DNA of 64,000 nucleotides from Amphiscolops sp. MND2022 (taxonomy: Eukaryota). This document shows, one piece after another, positions 50,506-63,027 of the stretch (position 1 is its first letter; the number at the start of each line of letters is the position of its first letter). The notes under the pieces were generated by a model that saw only the letters and a list, made by a program, of their open reading frames with translations, was not told the DNA's origin and did no database searches. Location of the stretch: contig OZ076409.1 in the NCBI GenBank assembly GCA_964187785.1, forward strand, positions 80,912,001 through 80,976,000, read 5' to 3'. A program made the translations under genes and the position numbers.

Positions 50506-51644
50506 TGGTGACAGGAGCTACCGACACCCAACCGCAAATTCCCGAATTTCTGACCGGACGAATCCACTCAATCCCGAACCTAGAGAGACAACAATCCACA
50601 CACAATATCTCTCTGGACACGACTCTGCCAGCCCCGGCCCCAGAGGCTCCTGAACCTCCTCAGGACCCGTTTAATAGACTAGCCGACGTATTGGTCAGTT
50701 TGCAAAACAAACCGCAATCTATGACCATCAGACCCGTACAAACAACCCCGATGACATTTGATGGGAAAAGTGAAAAAATTGAGCTCTTTGAGGACTTGTT
50801 CCATACGATGATCAAAATGCAGCCCACAATGACAGAACAAATGAAAATTAATCACTTTCATTCTTTGCTACGGAAGGGAGCATTACAGACATTCAGGAAC
50901 ATAAACTCAATCAACCGTCAAACTCTCGAGGACGTACTGGTCATATTCCGGAGGAAATATGTGAAACCGGGATCACAAGCAACGGCAAAGCATAAATGGC
51001 ACCGATTGACCTTCGATCCAAGTACAATGAAACTACCAGACTTCTTGGAAGAACTGAACCAAGGTGCAGAAAAAGCATTTGGGGAAAACTCTAAAAGCAT
51101 GATTGACAGCTTGTTATACGCGAAATTACCCCCAAAACTGAAACGATCTGTCAACATGGCCCGTCTGGAGAACGGGACGTATGAAGAAATAGTCGCTCAT
51201 CTTGAAAGAGAACTGGAACTCAATGCATTAGAAGAGTCAGATGATCTGCCAATGGCCACTATGGCCTCGGCGTCCACGAGCCATAACAATTTACTGTCCA
51301 ATGGCATCAACACAAATAAAGACGCCCAATGCTCATACTGCAAGGCGACGGGTCACTATTACAAAAACTGCCCGAAACTCAAGAAGAAAAAGGAAACGGA
51401 GGACAAAGACGGTAAAAAACCTCAGCGTCCAACTTACCCACCGTGTGGCACATGTGGCAAAAAGAACCACCCAACCGAAAGGTGCTGGCAAGGCGCCGGC
51501 GCCCACCTGCGACCCAAAAGGATGCAGACAGAACAAAATGACCGAAATGCTATAGACTCCGAAGGAAAGCCTAAAAAAGCAAATGACCCAGAAACGGCTA
51601 CTTCAAGCCAACCCAATACTAAAAAATCTGATTCAAAAAACTAA
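49954..51644 (+). CDS. Gypsy gag (one frameshift near 50300)
   Basis: MPSTRRQKAK start; FDGKSEK..LFEDLF capsid-like region; two CCHC knuckles (CSYCKATGHYYKNC, CGTCGKKNHPTERC). Confidence 0.88.
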
Positions 51645-54600
51645 TTTTGCCACGACTCCAAATACATGACTATATGTCGGTTCGACAATATGTCATTTCA
51701 GATCCTCCAATAATCAAATACAGCCAAACAATCAAGGATACAAAAGGAATTCCCACTGTTGTCTGGCAGCAACAGATGGAACAAGCATATATCCGAACAT
51801 ATAAAATAGTACATAATGATCGCCCAGACCGATTTTACGAAATCGACTATACTAAAGACTTCGAGACTCAATTCCGTCCCTTACCCTTGATCGAAGATTA
51901 TCACCCTCAATACCCCGATCCTGATTACGGCAAAGACCCGTATTGGGACGACGAACTCTACGACAGACAAAAACTCCAGTTTAGACAAGACGAATATCCA
52001 CCAACGGACGACGAGTACGATCCCCCGATAGTGGACAACAAACTATCCAGGGCCCTCATTGAACTTTGGCAGCCAAATTCCGAAGCACTTTTAGAAGAAA
52101 TAGAGGAAACTCAAGAGCAAGAAGACTTTCAAGGCCCCGACAGCCTTTTAGACGAAACAGCCTTCTTGCACATCCTAGTGGAAAAACAAGGAGAACCGTC
52201 ATACGTTCCCCTCTCCACCAACCTTGGCCTCAAAATCAAAAGGCGGATGCTATATTTCCCAATGGACTTTGGAGAACTAACATTAGATGGTCTCATAGAC
52301 ACTGGGACCCACTCCAGCGCGATACCAGAAGCTGACCTTAGGAAAATACGGCTACTTGCACCCCAATCAATAGTGAAAGAGGGTCCTGCCCCGTCATTCC
52401 AAATTATGGTCGCAAACGGAGACCTGGAAACTCCGAAGAGTACAGTAGAACTGAAGTTCGAAGTAGGGGACATAGAGTTCCACGAAATCTTCATAGTGAT
52501 GGAAAAATTATCCAGCCCCATAATTGGACTTATGTTCTTACAAAGAAACCACACAGTCCTAGATATGCGCCAAGGCATACTTAACTTTCCCTTCTTCTCG
52601 ATGCAATTGAAAACAGCTGACCATAAGTACTCCAATGTAATGGAACCTATCCTCAACCCCGAGGATATAACGATTCCGCCAAATGGACGTACAATCATCC
52701 CTATCCAATCTCAAATTTATGCAGAAAACGCTGTCACTGGAATCTTACAACCCAGTGACCTTCTAAACGAAGAAAATGATATAACATTTTGTGCCGCCAT
52801 AGTCACACTGGACGAAGGGACTACGAGGATCCATGTCAACAACTTCACAGACCAGCCCTTTAAACTCAAAAAAGGGATGCACATAGCGAATTTCTCAGTG
52901 ATGACTCCAGAGCAAATGAAACATGTTAGGCCAATAGACCCAGTGTCCACTTGGCACCTACTCAATGAAAATGAAGAAGATGCTATTTATTATATCAGCA
53001 GCCTTCTCAAAGCCAGCAGGAACAATGACCAATACGAACAATACTGGTTTCCAACACCCGAAAACCCAGGGGACGAAGAGTCCCATACTCCAATACAAAA
53101 GAGAATTCTTAGAGAATTACGAAACCTGCAAGAAGCAGAAAAACTAAATCCACAAGACAATGAAGAATCTCGACAAAAATTCCTCAGTAACTTTGACTGG
53201 AAGGACTCAATGCTACAACAGCATGAAATCAAACAGATAGAAGCGCTATTAGTCGAATTTCACGACATATTTGCCCGTCATAGGTTTGACATTGGTATGA
53301 ATGAGGAGTTCACGGTCAAATTGACCCCGAAGGACGACTCTCCTGCCTACAGCCAGAGCTTACCAACTCCGGTCAATTTAAAAGAGGACATATTGGTCGA
53401 ATTAGCGTCACTACACAAATATGGTATTATAACAACATTACCATTCTCAAAGTACGCTAGCCCTATCTTTGCACAAAAGAAGCCTAATGGGAAACTGCGA
53501 CTACTGGTAGACCTCCGGAAGATCAACAATCTCATTTCTGATGACTATATCAACAACAACCATCCAGTCAGCACCTTAACGGACGCTGCACAACATATGG
53601 CCGGAAAGAAACTTTTCTGTAAGCTTGACTGTTCGCAAGCGTACCATTGCCTTCAAATGGCGGACCAACGGTCTATAGAGATGTTGGCCTTCAACTTTGC
53701 CAGCCGAACGTTTGCATATCGAAGATTGGCCCAAGGTCTCAGTAGAGCCTTATCGGCATTCTCCAGTTTTATGAGAGAATATTTGGACCGTGTCATCAAA
53801 GCCGATCAATGTGCCCAATACGTGGATGATATTGGCATCGCGGCCAACGACGCTGAGCATCTCATTAAAAATATCAGAGCAACTTTCGAATGCATCCGAG
53901 AGGCTGGATTGAAATTAACGATGCATAAATGCCACTTCGGAGCAACTGAGATTGATTTCTTAGGAAGGACAATCACCCCTGAGGGTGTCAAGCCCCAGAA
54001 GGAACGAGTCATACAATTCCTAGAAAAAACGAAATTCCCAAAATCCAAAAAAGCCTTACAACGTTACCTCGGATTCCTTAATTATTATAGAAACTACATA
54101 CCGAGGTTATCAGAAAAATAAGTCCCTTTCTTTCAACTATTAAAGAAGGACGAAAAGGTCTTAGTCACAACGGAATTGATTGAAAAATTCAACGAGATCA
54201 ATAGAGATTTGGACAGATGCACCCAGCTAGCCCTGAGGCAGCCCTTGCCAAATCGACAGCTAGTCCTGATGACAGATGCTAGCTTCACAGCAGCCGGATA
54301 TGCTATACTTACTGAAGATGATCCAAATCAGAAATTTACCTCAACCAAGAAATCCTATGCGCCTATTGCATATGGTTCAAAAACTTTTACTCCTTCACAG
54401 CTTAAAATGTCAATTTATGCGAAGGAATTTTTAGCCATCTACTACGCCTTCAAAGAATTTGGACATATATTCTGGGGCACACCTAAGCCGGTGATTATCC
54501 TCACAGACAACAAATCGGTCACAAGGTTCTTCCAGACTAAAATAATACCGCCGCCATTATGGAACGCGTGTGACTTTGTTATTCAGTTCAATTTCACTAT

Positions 54601-56731
54601 AGCGCACATTCCAGGCAAAAACAACACAGCGGACTACCTGTCCCGCATGGAAATGGACCCCACTGAAAAGTTAGTCCTAAAAATCCGAGCGGACGTTGAA
54701 ACCCAACCTATTGAAGTTAATGTCCAATCAGCCGGCGTGTCTGAAGAAGAACAAGTGTTCTTTACAGAAGAAGACAATGAAACAGAAGAACAAATTTGGG
54801 AAAGGAAAAAACAATCAAAAGCAGGACTCAAGGTCGATGAGACCGTCATCCAAATCGATACCATATCTGAAAATGTAGTAGATGAAATTACCAATTTCAC
54901 TCAGAAACTACGCAGAACCAACCAAATACTACTAGAACAATCCAAAGATCCGATTTTGCTTCATTTAAAAGCAAAAATTCAAAATGAAGAATACTCTGAA
55001 GAAATTTTTCAGCACGACATTCGGTATAAACATTATTTAAATAACTTAGACCGTATAGTCCTCAAGGACGAAATAGTGACCCGACAGTATTACGACGAAA
55101 CGGGACAAATCAATTACCACCAAATCTTACTGCCAAAGCACCTGTTGAAAGAACTACTGCAAGCAATACATGGCACGGCACATCGACATCCAGGCATCTC
55201 TAAAATGCTGCAAGAGATCCGCCAAAAATACTACTACCCTGGCATAGCAAAATACGTTAAAAAATGGGTAGAAGGCTGCGAAACGTGCGCTAGAGACAAA
55301 AGAGTCCCAAATAATACAATTACACCAGAATTGTTAAACTTGCCCGAATGGGACCTTGGTCCAGAAGATGCCATGCAGATAGACTTATTACCAAACTTAC
55401 CGACTAGTGGCGGATACCAGACGGTGATGACGGCTATAGATGTATTCTCAAGATACTTCTTCGCCTACCCGCTAATTGAGGCAACAGCCACGAATGTAGC
55501 CAAGGTGATAATTGATATCATGACGAAACATTCATATTTACCAACAACTCTCATCACAGACAAAGGGTCCGCATTTACATCGACCATCATAGCTGAGATA
55601 ACTCAAATTTTGGGTATAACACTCAAATGTGCTACTACAAAGCACTCGCAAACAATTGGCAAACTCGAAAGGACCCATGCCTCACTCAAAACAAATTTGA
55701 AAATGGCCTCAGGGGAATATCGACGCCAATGGCATAAATATTTACCATTAGCAGTACTCAACTACAATACCACATACCACTCTAGTATTGGATGTGAACC
55801 GAGTAAAGTCTTCCACGGCCGGATTCCCTATAACGTCCTAGACCACAAATTGGGAAATAACCCCAATAAAAATTTTCTGCCAACTACAGAATTTGCGGAG
55901 GAAGTACAACAGAGGACACAAATCCTCATAGATCAAACAAAAAAGAACATAATGCAGTCTTATTTGAAATATCAGGACTATTACGACCGAAAGGCAAAAG
56001 CTGCCCCGCTTAAAGAAAAGGATTATTGTTTTGTTCTACAACCTAAAGCGGACAGTCAGGGGTCAAAAATTCCATTCAAGGAATACAGGTGGATTGGACC
56101 ATTCGTCATTCAAAAAGTACTGTCCAACGACAATTATATTGTCCGTCGTCTAAATGCAAATAAAACCCAAATACTTCATCGCATTAGACTAAAGAAATTC
56201 GTACCGAACGCCCCCTTAGAGGACAAATATGATGGCGAAAAACTACAACCTGATAATGAGATAGTAATACCGCAAGACGACTTGTACACTATCTCATGGG
56301 AAGTAGATTTTGAGTACGACTTATTTGAACCGAGAAAGGAAAATTGGACCGACGTGGCCACACGCCGGCCGACGGACGCCGAGTGCAGTAATGCGGACAA
56401 TTACATCACCGAGAACGAACGCGCAAGCAATGAAAGTTACAACGAGCGCACGACAGAATATGACGTTACCGAGAACGAAATATCCCCGAGAGAGAACAAT
56501 AGCAGTGACGAACAGTCCCCGCCGAATGAAACGCCAAATGGGACTGAGAATGAAAATGACGTCACTAATGATTTAAAAGATACGGAAAACGTTTCAAACA
56601 CAGGCGCAGATATTACCGTGCCCGGAATATCAGAACGAGGAAATTCAAATGAAAATTCGAGCCCTAGAGGAGGGAAATACAATCTTCGACCTAACCCAAC
56701 CCCCAACTTTACTGATGAATACAGATACTAG
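51635..56731 (+). CDS. Gypsy pol (protease, RT, RNase H, integrase); -1 frame to gag; one in-frame stop at 54119-54121
   Basis: LIDTGTHSS, LRLLVDLRKIN, YVDD, TDAS, HGTAHRHPG..CETC, TDKGSAF, ERTH, C-terminal YNLRPNP; A-AAA-AAC heptamer at the gag end. Confidence 0.95.
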
Positions 56732-56968
56732 CCAGAAAACTTGAATTACCAGTCCCTTCATTTCTCTACTAGTCCATGGGGACATTTATTTTTACTTGGG
56801 ACTACTCTGACTAATCTTTTACTTTTTACTTGAAACATATATATACAACAAAACAGACTCAGTGGCCAATAATACAAGGCCACGCAAATAAAGCAAAGAA
56901 AAAAGAAATAAATACAAAGCAGTTTACAACAATTACAGAGTCTAGAAACAAATGTACTCTTTGTACAT

Positions 56969-59900
56969 TTAGGATTTAGAGGTACCGGGAGCGTTCACAT
57001 CACCAGACTCAGTGGCCTCAGATCCGCTAGCGACCTTGAAACAAACTTTCTTGCCCTTATTGGGAGACTGTTTGCGTTGCTTCCTCCCTTCTTTGGATGA
57101 AGAATTTGAAGCGCACTCAGCGTCAGGTGGGACACTGCTGCCCAAAGCCTTGTAGACAGCAATCAAAGTTTTGTGAATGTTGGCCCTGTTGAAACTATCT
57201 ACATGAGACCAGGGGTCCCCTGAGACATTCCCGCTACAAAACCGAAACTCCAGATCTTTGAAAGTACCCAAAGAAGCTTCTGTAGTACACACTGACACTG
57301 CACTAGCAACATTAGCGAGGTAAGACTGTGCGGGCATGATGACTTCGAACAGCCGACTTCGGGGTTCACTACAATCAACTCCGGGGAATTTGACAGCTGG
57401 GAGCTCTGGCAACTTAGTTCTAAGGCACAAACAACTCAATTAGAAGATGTGGAACAAATGTTTACGCATCTTCAGCCCAGGCTATTCTATCAGGGTGGCC
57501 ACCATGTCAGTAAAGACCTCAGGGGTATCTTTGGCTCCGGAATTCAACTGGCGGAAGTACTCTAAAAAGTCAATGTACTCATCGCGGACATCAGCCTCTG
57601 GGGAATTTTCCAACCATCCTCGCAGACTGAAGGATCGATACAATGCTGAAAAGCAATAGGTGGCTTGATCAAGAGGAAGACACAAGAGGGCCATTGGGTC
57701 GAAACAACCCAAACCTCTGACAATACCTGCATTCAGACTGATATCCGACAAGAAGACTTTCAGAAGGTAGACGAGATAATTGCGAACTTTGGTAGCGAAA
57801 TCGTCCCGGATGGCTTCAACTGCAATTTCTGTCTCCTCAGGTGTCAGCTGTTTTCCACTATGAATCTTCTTGACCCGAGCGAGACAAGCCCCATCAAGAT
57901 TCTCTTTCAGCTTTAAGCGAGTCAGGAAATCTCGGTTGGACAGTTGTCGCCAGTTCTGTCCTTGCATGTCGTCTAGGGCTTTCCAGTCTAAAATCTCTGG
58001 CACATGTCTAGGAAGTAGTGCCCGTGCTGCCAGCTTTCTGATGAAGGTGTGGAACTCGCGGACGGTATAGAAGCCACTGTCCCTTCGTTGTGCGAATTGA
58101 CTCTCGAAGCTCTTGGTATCTGAAATACAAAATGCTCAATTGTCCTGGAGGGTACATATAACACCTGTGAACCCTCTATGACAAATTTCTACTTGTGGAT
58201 GCCTAACTCTGCCTACCGATGGAAAATTGAGACAATTCGGCCCAAAGATTGTACGAAGAGAACCCAATACTAACAATCACGGACTATCCGAGCGAAGAAT
58301 TCCAGTTTGATAGTGTAGAAATCGTCGGCTACGATTTCCCACTCAAGACTTTGTGGCTTGCTCTTCACTCCCTGATTCATTTGAGGTGGCGCAATCTTTG
58401 TCAGGTATTGGTGAACGGACTTCCAGTTAGCAATCAGTTCGGAGCATATCGTTGGCACTGCAGCAATATCCAAATGGCAAGTTGTCATAGCCTACAAACA
58501 ACATGAAAATTAGAATCAACCCATAACTGGACCTACAGGCGGTGAGACATTGACCTTACCCTGACAAATTCCGGCATTAAGGCAGCCCAAGGTTGTCCAC
58601 TGCAGCCATCCAAGAAGGTGATCAGAAACTTCAACTGGGAGAAGAAACTGATGGATCCAAACACGCTGCCCCAACGTTCATGTATCATGCTCGGCAAGGA
58701 CAGAGCATCAAATCTGAAGGGATATTCAATCCCCTTCTGGAAGAAACAGGAACGCTCAAGAAGCGGGATCAGCTCTGCTGGACACCCAGACACACTCACA
58801 ATTTGTGGCTGTGCAGATATTGCAGACAAGAGTCGAGAGAGGGCTAGCAAGAAGCCCGCAGCAGGCTCTGAGGCAGTTCGATAGCGCAGCAGCCGGACAA
58901 CATTGAGGGACTCGCCTTTCCAGAAACGGATCGACACGAAGCTATAAGTACCTTGCGTCTCGAATTCCAAGGAGTACTGGCCTGTGGCATTGACCTGATA
59001 CGCGATGTCAGAGATGCCACAGAGGAAGATGTGATGGAAGATCGTCTGAAACAAATTAGCATGGATGAAAATATACCCCGTCCATAAAAGTCTGGAAAGA
59101 CCTCGAGGTTGAAAATAGTTGATACTTACTGTCGATGTTGTGGAGCCCCAATTATAAGGGGAGAACAGACTCTGGTGGTTGGTCACAGTTCCAATTTGTG
59201 ACCACAGTGACTCGAGGACGTGCAGATCTCCGCAGCGAGGAGCAAAGAGGGCGACCAAAGAGATCTGTACACACAGTCTGATTTCCTCTTGCCCAGCAAT
59301 GGAACCCAAACCAGCCATGTGGTCCTCGTAGAACGGATAACTGCATCCCATCTCAACTAAAGGGGCCTGCATGAAGAAGGGTTTCTCCCTCTCTAGTTCT
59401 AAGGGAGTAAGGATTTGGCCTTTCTTTCCCCTGACCTCATGGACGATTCGCCTAGTGACACTGTCCTTTTTCTTCAAATTCTCATATCTCCAGCGCTGAT
59501 CCTTACGAAATGGGACTCACACTGGAAATGTCGGGTAATCTCTCGGGCGCCTTTTGAGAAAATTGACACATTGGCCTTACAAATCTGACAATAAAACTTA
59601 TGTTTATTGTGCTCAGGATCGAGCGGCCCAGTGACAAAGGTCCGAGTCCATTGAATTCCTTTGAAATATGCCTCCTTCATTATTTTGCCACTTCGTCCTG
59701 GAACCCGACGACGCTTGCGTGGTGGACTGGACGCGGAAGCTTGATCAGCAGTCAGGGTAGCCAACGGCTCATAGTCCGTGGAACAGAATCCTGGACTGGG
59801 GACTTGGTGGCTAATAGTGGGATCAGTAGTGCAGGGAGAATCTTGGCCAGGAGGACTTGGAGGAGGCACGATACTCAATTCCTTGCCGGTTCTCTGGGAG

Positions 59901-60904
59901 TTGATGACAAACTCATCTTCTGAACTGAGGGCTCCACTGGTGTACCCCTCGGTACCAATGTCACTATCCTGACCTTCTAAACCAGGGCTATCGGACTTCT
60001 TTCGGAAGCACTTGATGCGTTGTTTGGCGGGACCCTGATGGGTACTTTGGGAACGACCCACACGAATTGCCTCCTCTAAGATGTTCTTCATTTGATGAAA
60101 ACAAGAAGTGAGAGTCTCAGTGGACACAGCACGCAAAATAGAGTGCACCTGCCCCTGGTTGAAGGCTACTGTCGCATGGCCCACTGGAAGGATACTCGGA
60201 TTAGTCTCCGTGAAATGCTGATTGATGAGAGTACGCGCAGATGCAGACAAAGGCCGTGTGGGACTAAGGAGTTTTGGGGACGTGACATCTGGCAACCCTG
60301 CAGAGGAGGTCAGTCCAGCCTCTTTAGGAACTTCTGACCCGGTGGCGCTCAAATTTTCCATGGCGATTAGGAAAGGGGATTCTTTAAGAGTTTCTGCTCC
60401 TGAACTGTCCTGCAATTCTTCGGCGTCGCTGGTATCAGTTTGAAAATAATCCACCTTGGTAGCGGAAATACCCGCCTCGCTGTGGACGTCAGTCATCGGA
60501 TCGGGATATTCGTCAGCAGACCCTTTATTGCTGGTCTCACCCGTGACCTGTAGAATAGGGTCCGACTCAGAGACCTTCTCAGCAACAGTTGGGAGCGACT
60601 TGTTTACGATGGCAGATGTAGTAGGAGGCAGGAAGGAAATGCCGAGTCCACTGCCCTGGCAACCGAGAGTTTGCAGCTGGCGTTCGATATATGCAGAGAT
60701 ACTTTCGTCAGTGGATGGACTGGGCGTTGGGACGGTCGTAGCTGGATTATCGCCTGGCAGCTCAATGTGTTCGGACTCAACGTCCCCGTGACCTGAGATG
60801 GCCTGACTAGCTGTTGCCTTTTCATGGCTTTGCGAGACCTCTTCTTCGATTTGCGGTTCTGTGGTAGTAGCAGGGACAGCTTCTCTTTGCTCTTCTGACG
60901 ACAT
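56969..60904 (-). CDS. Spliced antisense accessory gene of the Gypsy element: acidic N-terminus, BED-like Zn finger, hAT-transposase-like C-terminal part; disrupted
   Basis: ORFs 59474-60958, 58533-59477, 58270-58488, 57482-58003 and 56969-57439 join through GT-AG introns 59046-59129, 58492-58559 and 58120-58274. FYCQICKANVSI..GAREITRHFQCESH finger; one frameshift near 59500 and two stops near 57483 and 57441. Confidence 0.7.
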
Positions 60905-62187
60905 GTCTAAATAGAAAGAGATAAACTCAGGCGGATAACTTCCTGAAAAAGAGTCCATTACCGCGTTTAAAAATCTTCCGGAAGTAGATATTTTGAACTC
61001 GAGTGAATGCTTGAGTTATGGGACAGGAAGTACGTGAATGAAACGATAGCCCTGATCAAGCCTCAGATTATTTCATTATCAAGATTAGAAGTGAAAATCC
61101 TAAATTGCTACTCACATGACTGATTCTGGTAGAAGTGTGTCCTGTGTGCAAAACTGCTGATGGCAAGTTGACTGGCTGTCTTAGAATTTGGAGACAGATG
61201 GAATTGTCAGCGGAAGCGTCGGTGAATCTGTTTAATGTCTGTGCAATAGTTACCGCTTGGGGGGAGCAAATTCTTCTTCGGAAGAAGACGAGAATGGTGA
61301 ATATGGCAGGAATTGCCGAAAGGGACTCAGTTTCGATGGTCCTGGGACGACCCAATAAATCCACAAAAGACGTAAAGGAGAGAGATTACAAATGGAAACT
61401 TCAAACAAATACAAAGAAAATACTACTCAAAGACTAAAGACTAAAGATGGTTAAATACTGGACGATAATACAAGAAGAGTAATTCGAAGGAATTTGAAAG
61501 TAAAGAATTAAAACGTGAATTGGCAATGTGACAAGATGTCAAAATTGGAGTTCGTGGCTGTACAATTTGGTGTCAAATTTAGTTATTTACAATTCGTATT
61601 ATTATGTGGATGGAGTCTGCCAGCAATATCTACATTCATTCATTTATTTCGAAACTTTGTTATTTTACAAATTATTTCATGATTTTACCATGATTTTATT
61701 CATTTTCAAGGTCATTTATATTATTCCTTATATGGATCTACGGCCTTGGGGAGCCATTTTTATTCAGAGAGGGTTATGCTGCAATCATATTGGTTGATCA
61801 AAACTGCTGATAGACGGCGTAGCCGTCTGCCATATCTTCATCCTCTTGAAACCCTTAAGTGCTAGATGAGTGTTAATAAACACTCAAAGTGACGCTCTTA
61901 ATATGGAAGTGTTGATAGAGTTAATATAAGTCAACAAAGCCTCGGTCGGCATTTTCAAAGAAGACTGAGCGGCTAGTTAATAGACTCTAGAAAGAAGGAA
62001 TTTTGTTATTGAAAATTTAGTCAGCAAGGAAGGGAGAAACCCCGGGAAACTGAAACGAAACCTCCCGCAAGTCGACAAAAGGGGAAACCGCCATTGTTTC
62101 AGTTTCACTTTTGAAAATCAGCAGCTTCTCAAAACTCAAGATTTAAAACCTTTCAGTCAATTGTCCAAGATAGCTAAAAATTTGATC

Positions 62188-63027
62188 ATGGATAAATTTT
62201 TGTCAAGTCACTTCGACTGTGAGTCTCCTCAATATTACCCCGAGGACTTTCAGGGGGCAGCGCCCGGAGACGGAATAATATACATATCATCGGACGACGA
62301 CATGGAATGTGTCAGCAGCGCATCTGTTGACGACCTAGAAAGCCTGTCTGACGACGATGAGATGGCCCTCCTGGCTCAATATGTGGAGAGACAGATGGAG
62401 CTTCCATCGACATCAGAAGCAATTCCCATCCCTTCCTCTGCCAATAAGCAGGAAGTGACACGCGCAGCTACTCCCAGACTAGCGTACGTCCCTGGGCCTA
62501 TGTTCGATGCTGGCTATTTTGACTTGGGAATGGGCAGAGGGCCGATTGCGAGAGACCCGCGACTAAGGAATGACCACCCAATCAATTTGTGTAGCCAGGT
62601 AATCCCTATGGTCGACACGCCTATGTCTCCCCCAGCCGTCGACAAATATCCGTCAGGCGACTGGAGAATAGCAGCGGAAGCCACTACTAGTAGCAAACAA
62701 GAACATGCCAACGGAATACACTTCAGGGGACCAAGTGGCGCAGATAACCCCTACATCTCAGGATGTACAGACTGCCTCGTCTGCGGAAAATCAGTCGAAC
62801 AGTTTCAAGACGAGGCAGTCATCGACTACCTTCATAAAACAACCATCCAAGGAGAATCGGCCCTTCAATTCAACGCAAGAAGGCGAGCCTTCCTAGAAGG
62901 AATGAAGGTGGGATGTTTTATGCTCATTCCAGGGGGAGTGTCCCAGGCGTCCGCCTGTGATGGAAATCTCTATTCAATTAGTCACAACTACAAGAAGGCG
63001 CAGCCCAACACCCTCCCACTGAATTAA
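62188..63027 (+). CDS. Unknown accessory ORF (279 aa from ATG) overlapping PPT and 3' LTR
   Basis: Uninterrupted ORF; acidic N-terminus; GCTDCLVCG motif; last ~29 codons lie inside the LTR; no obvious signal peptide or TM segment. Confidence 0.65.
   Translation: MDKFLSSHFDCESPQYYPEDFQGAAPGDGIIYISSDDDMECVSSASVDDLESLSDDDEMALLAQYVERQMELPSTSEAIPIPSSANKQEVTRAATPRLAYVPGPMFDAGYFDLGMGRGPIARDPRLRNDHPINLCSQVIPMVDTPMSPPAVDKYPSGDWRIAAEATTSSKQEHANGIHFRGPSGADNPYISGCTDCLVCGKSVEQFQDEAVIDYLHKTTIQGESALQFNARRRAFLEGMKVGCFMLIPGGVSQASACDGNLYSISHNYKKAQPNTLPLN

Noticed and set aside
52066..56706. Alternative-frame and antisense ORFs overlapping Gypsy pol
   Set aside because: Shadow ORFs of the pol coding sequence without independent motifs.
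62161..63027. env gene call for the post-pol ORF
   Set aside because: No signal peptide, furin site or transmembrane anchor visible.
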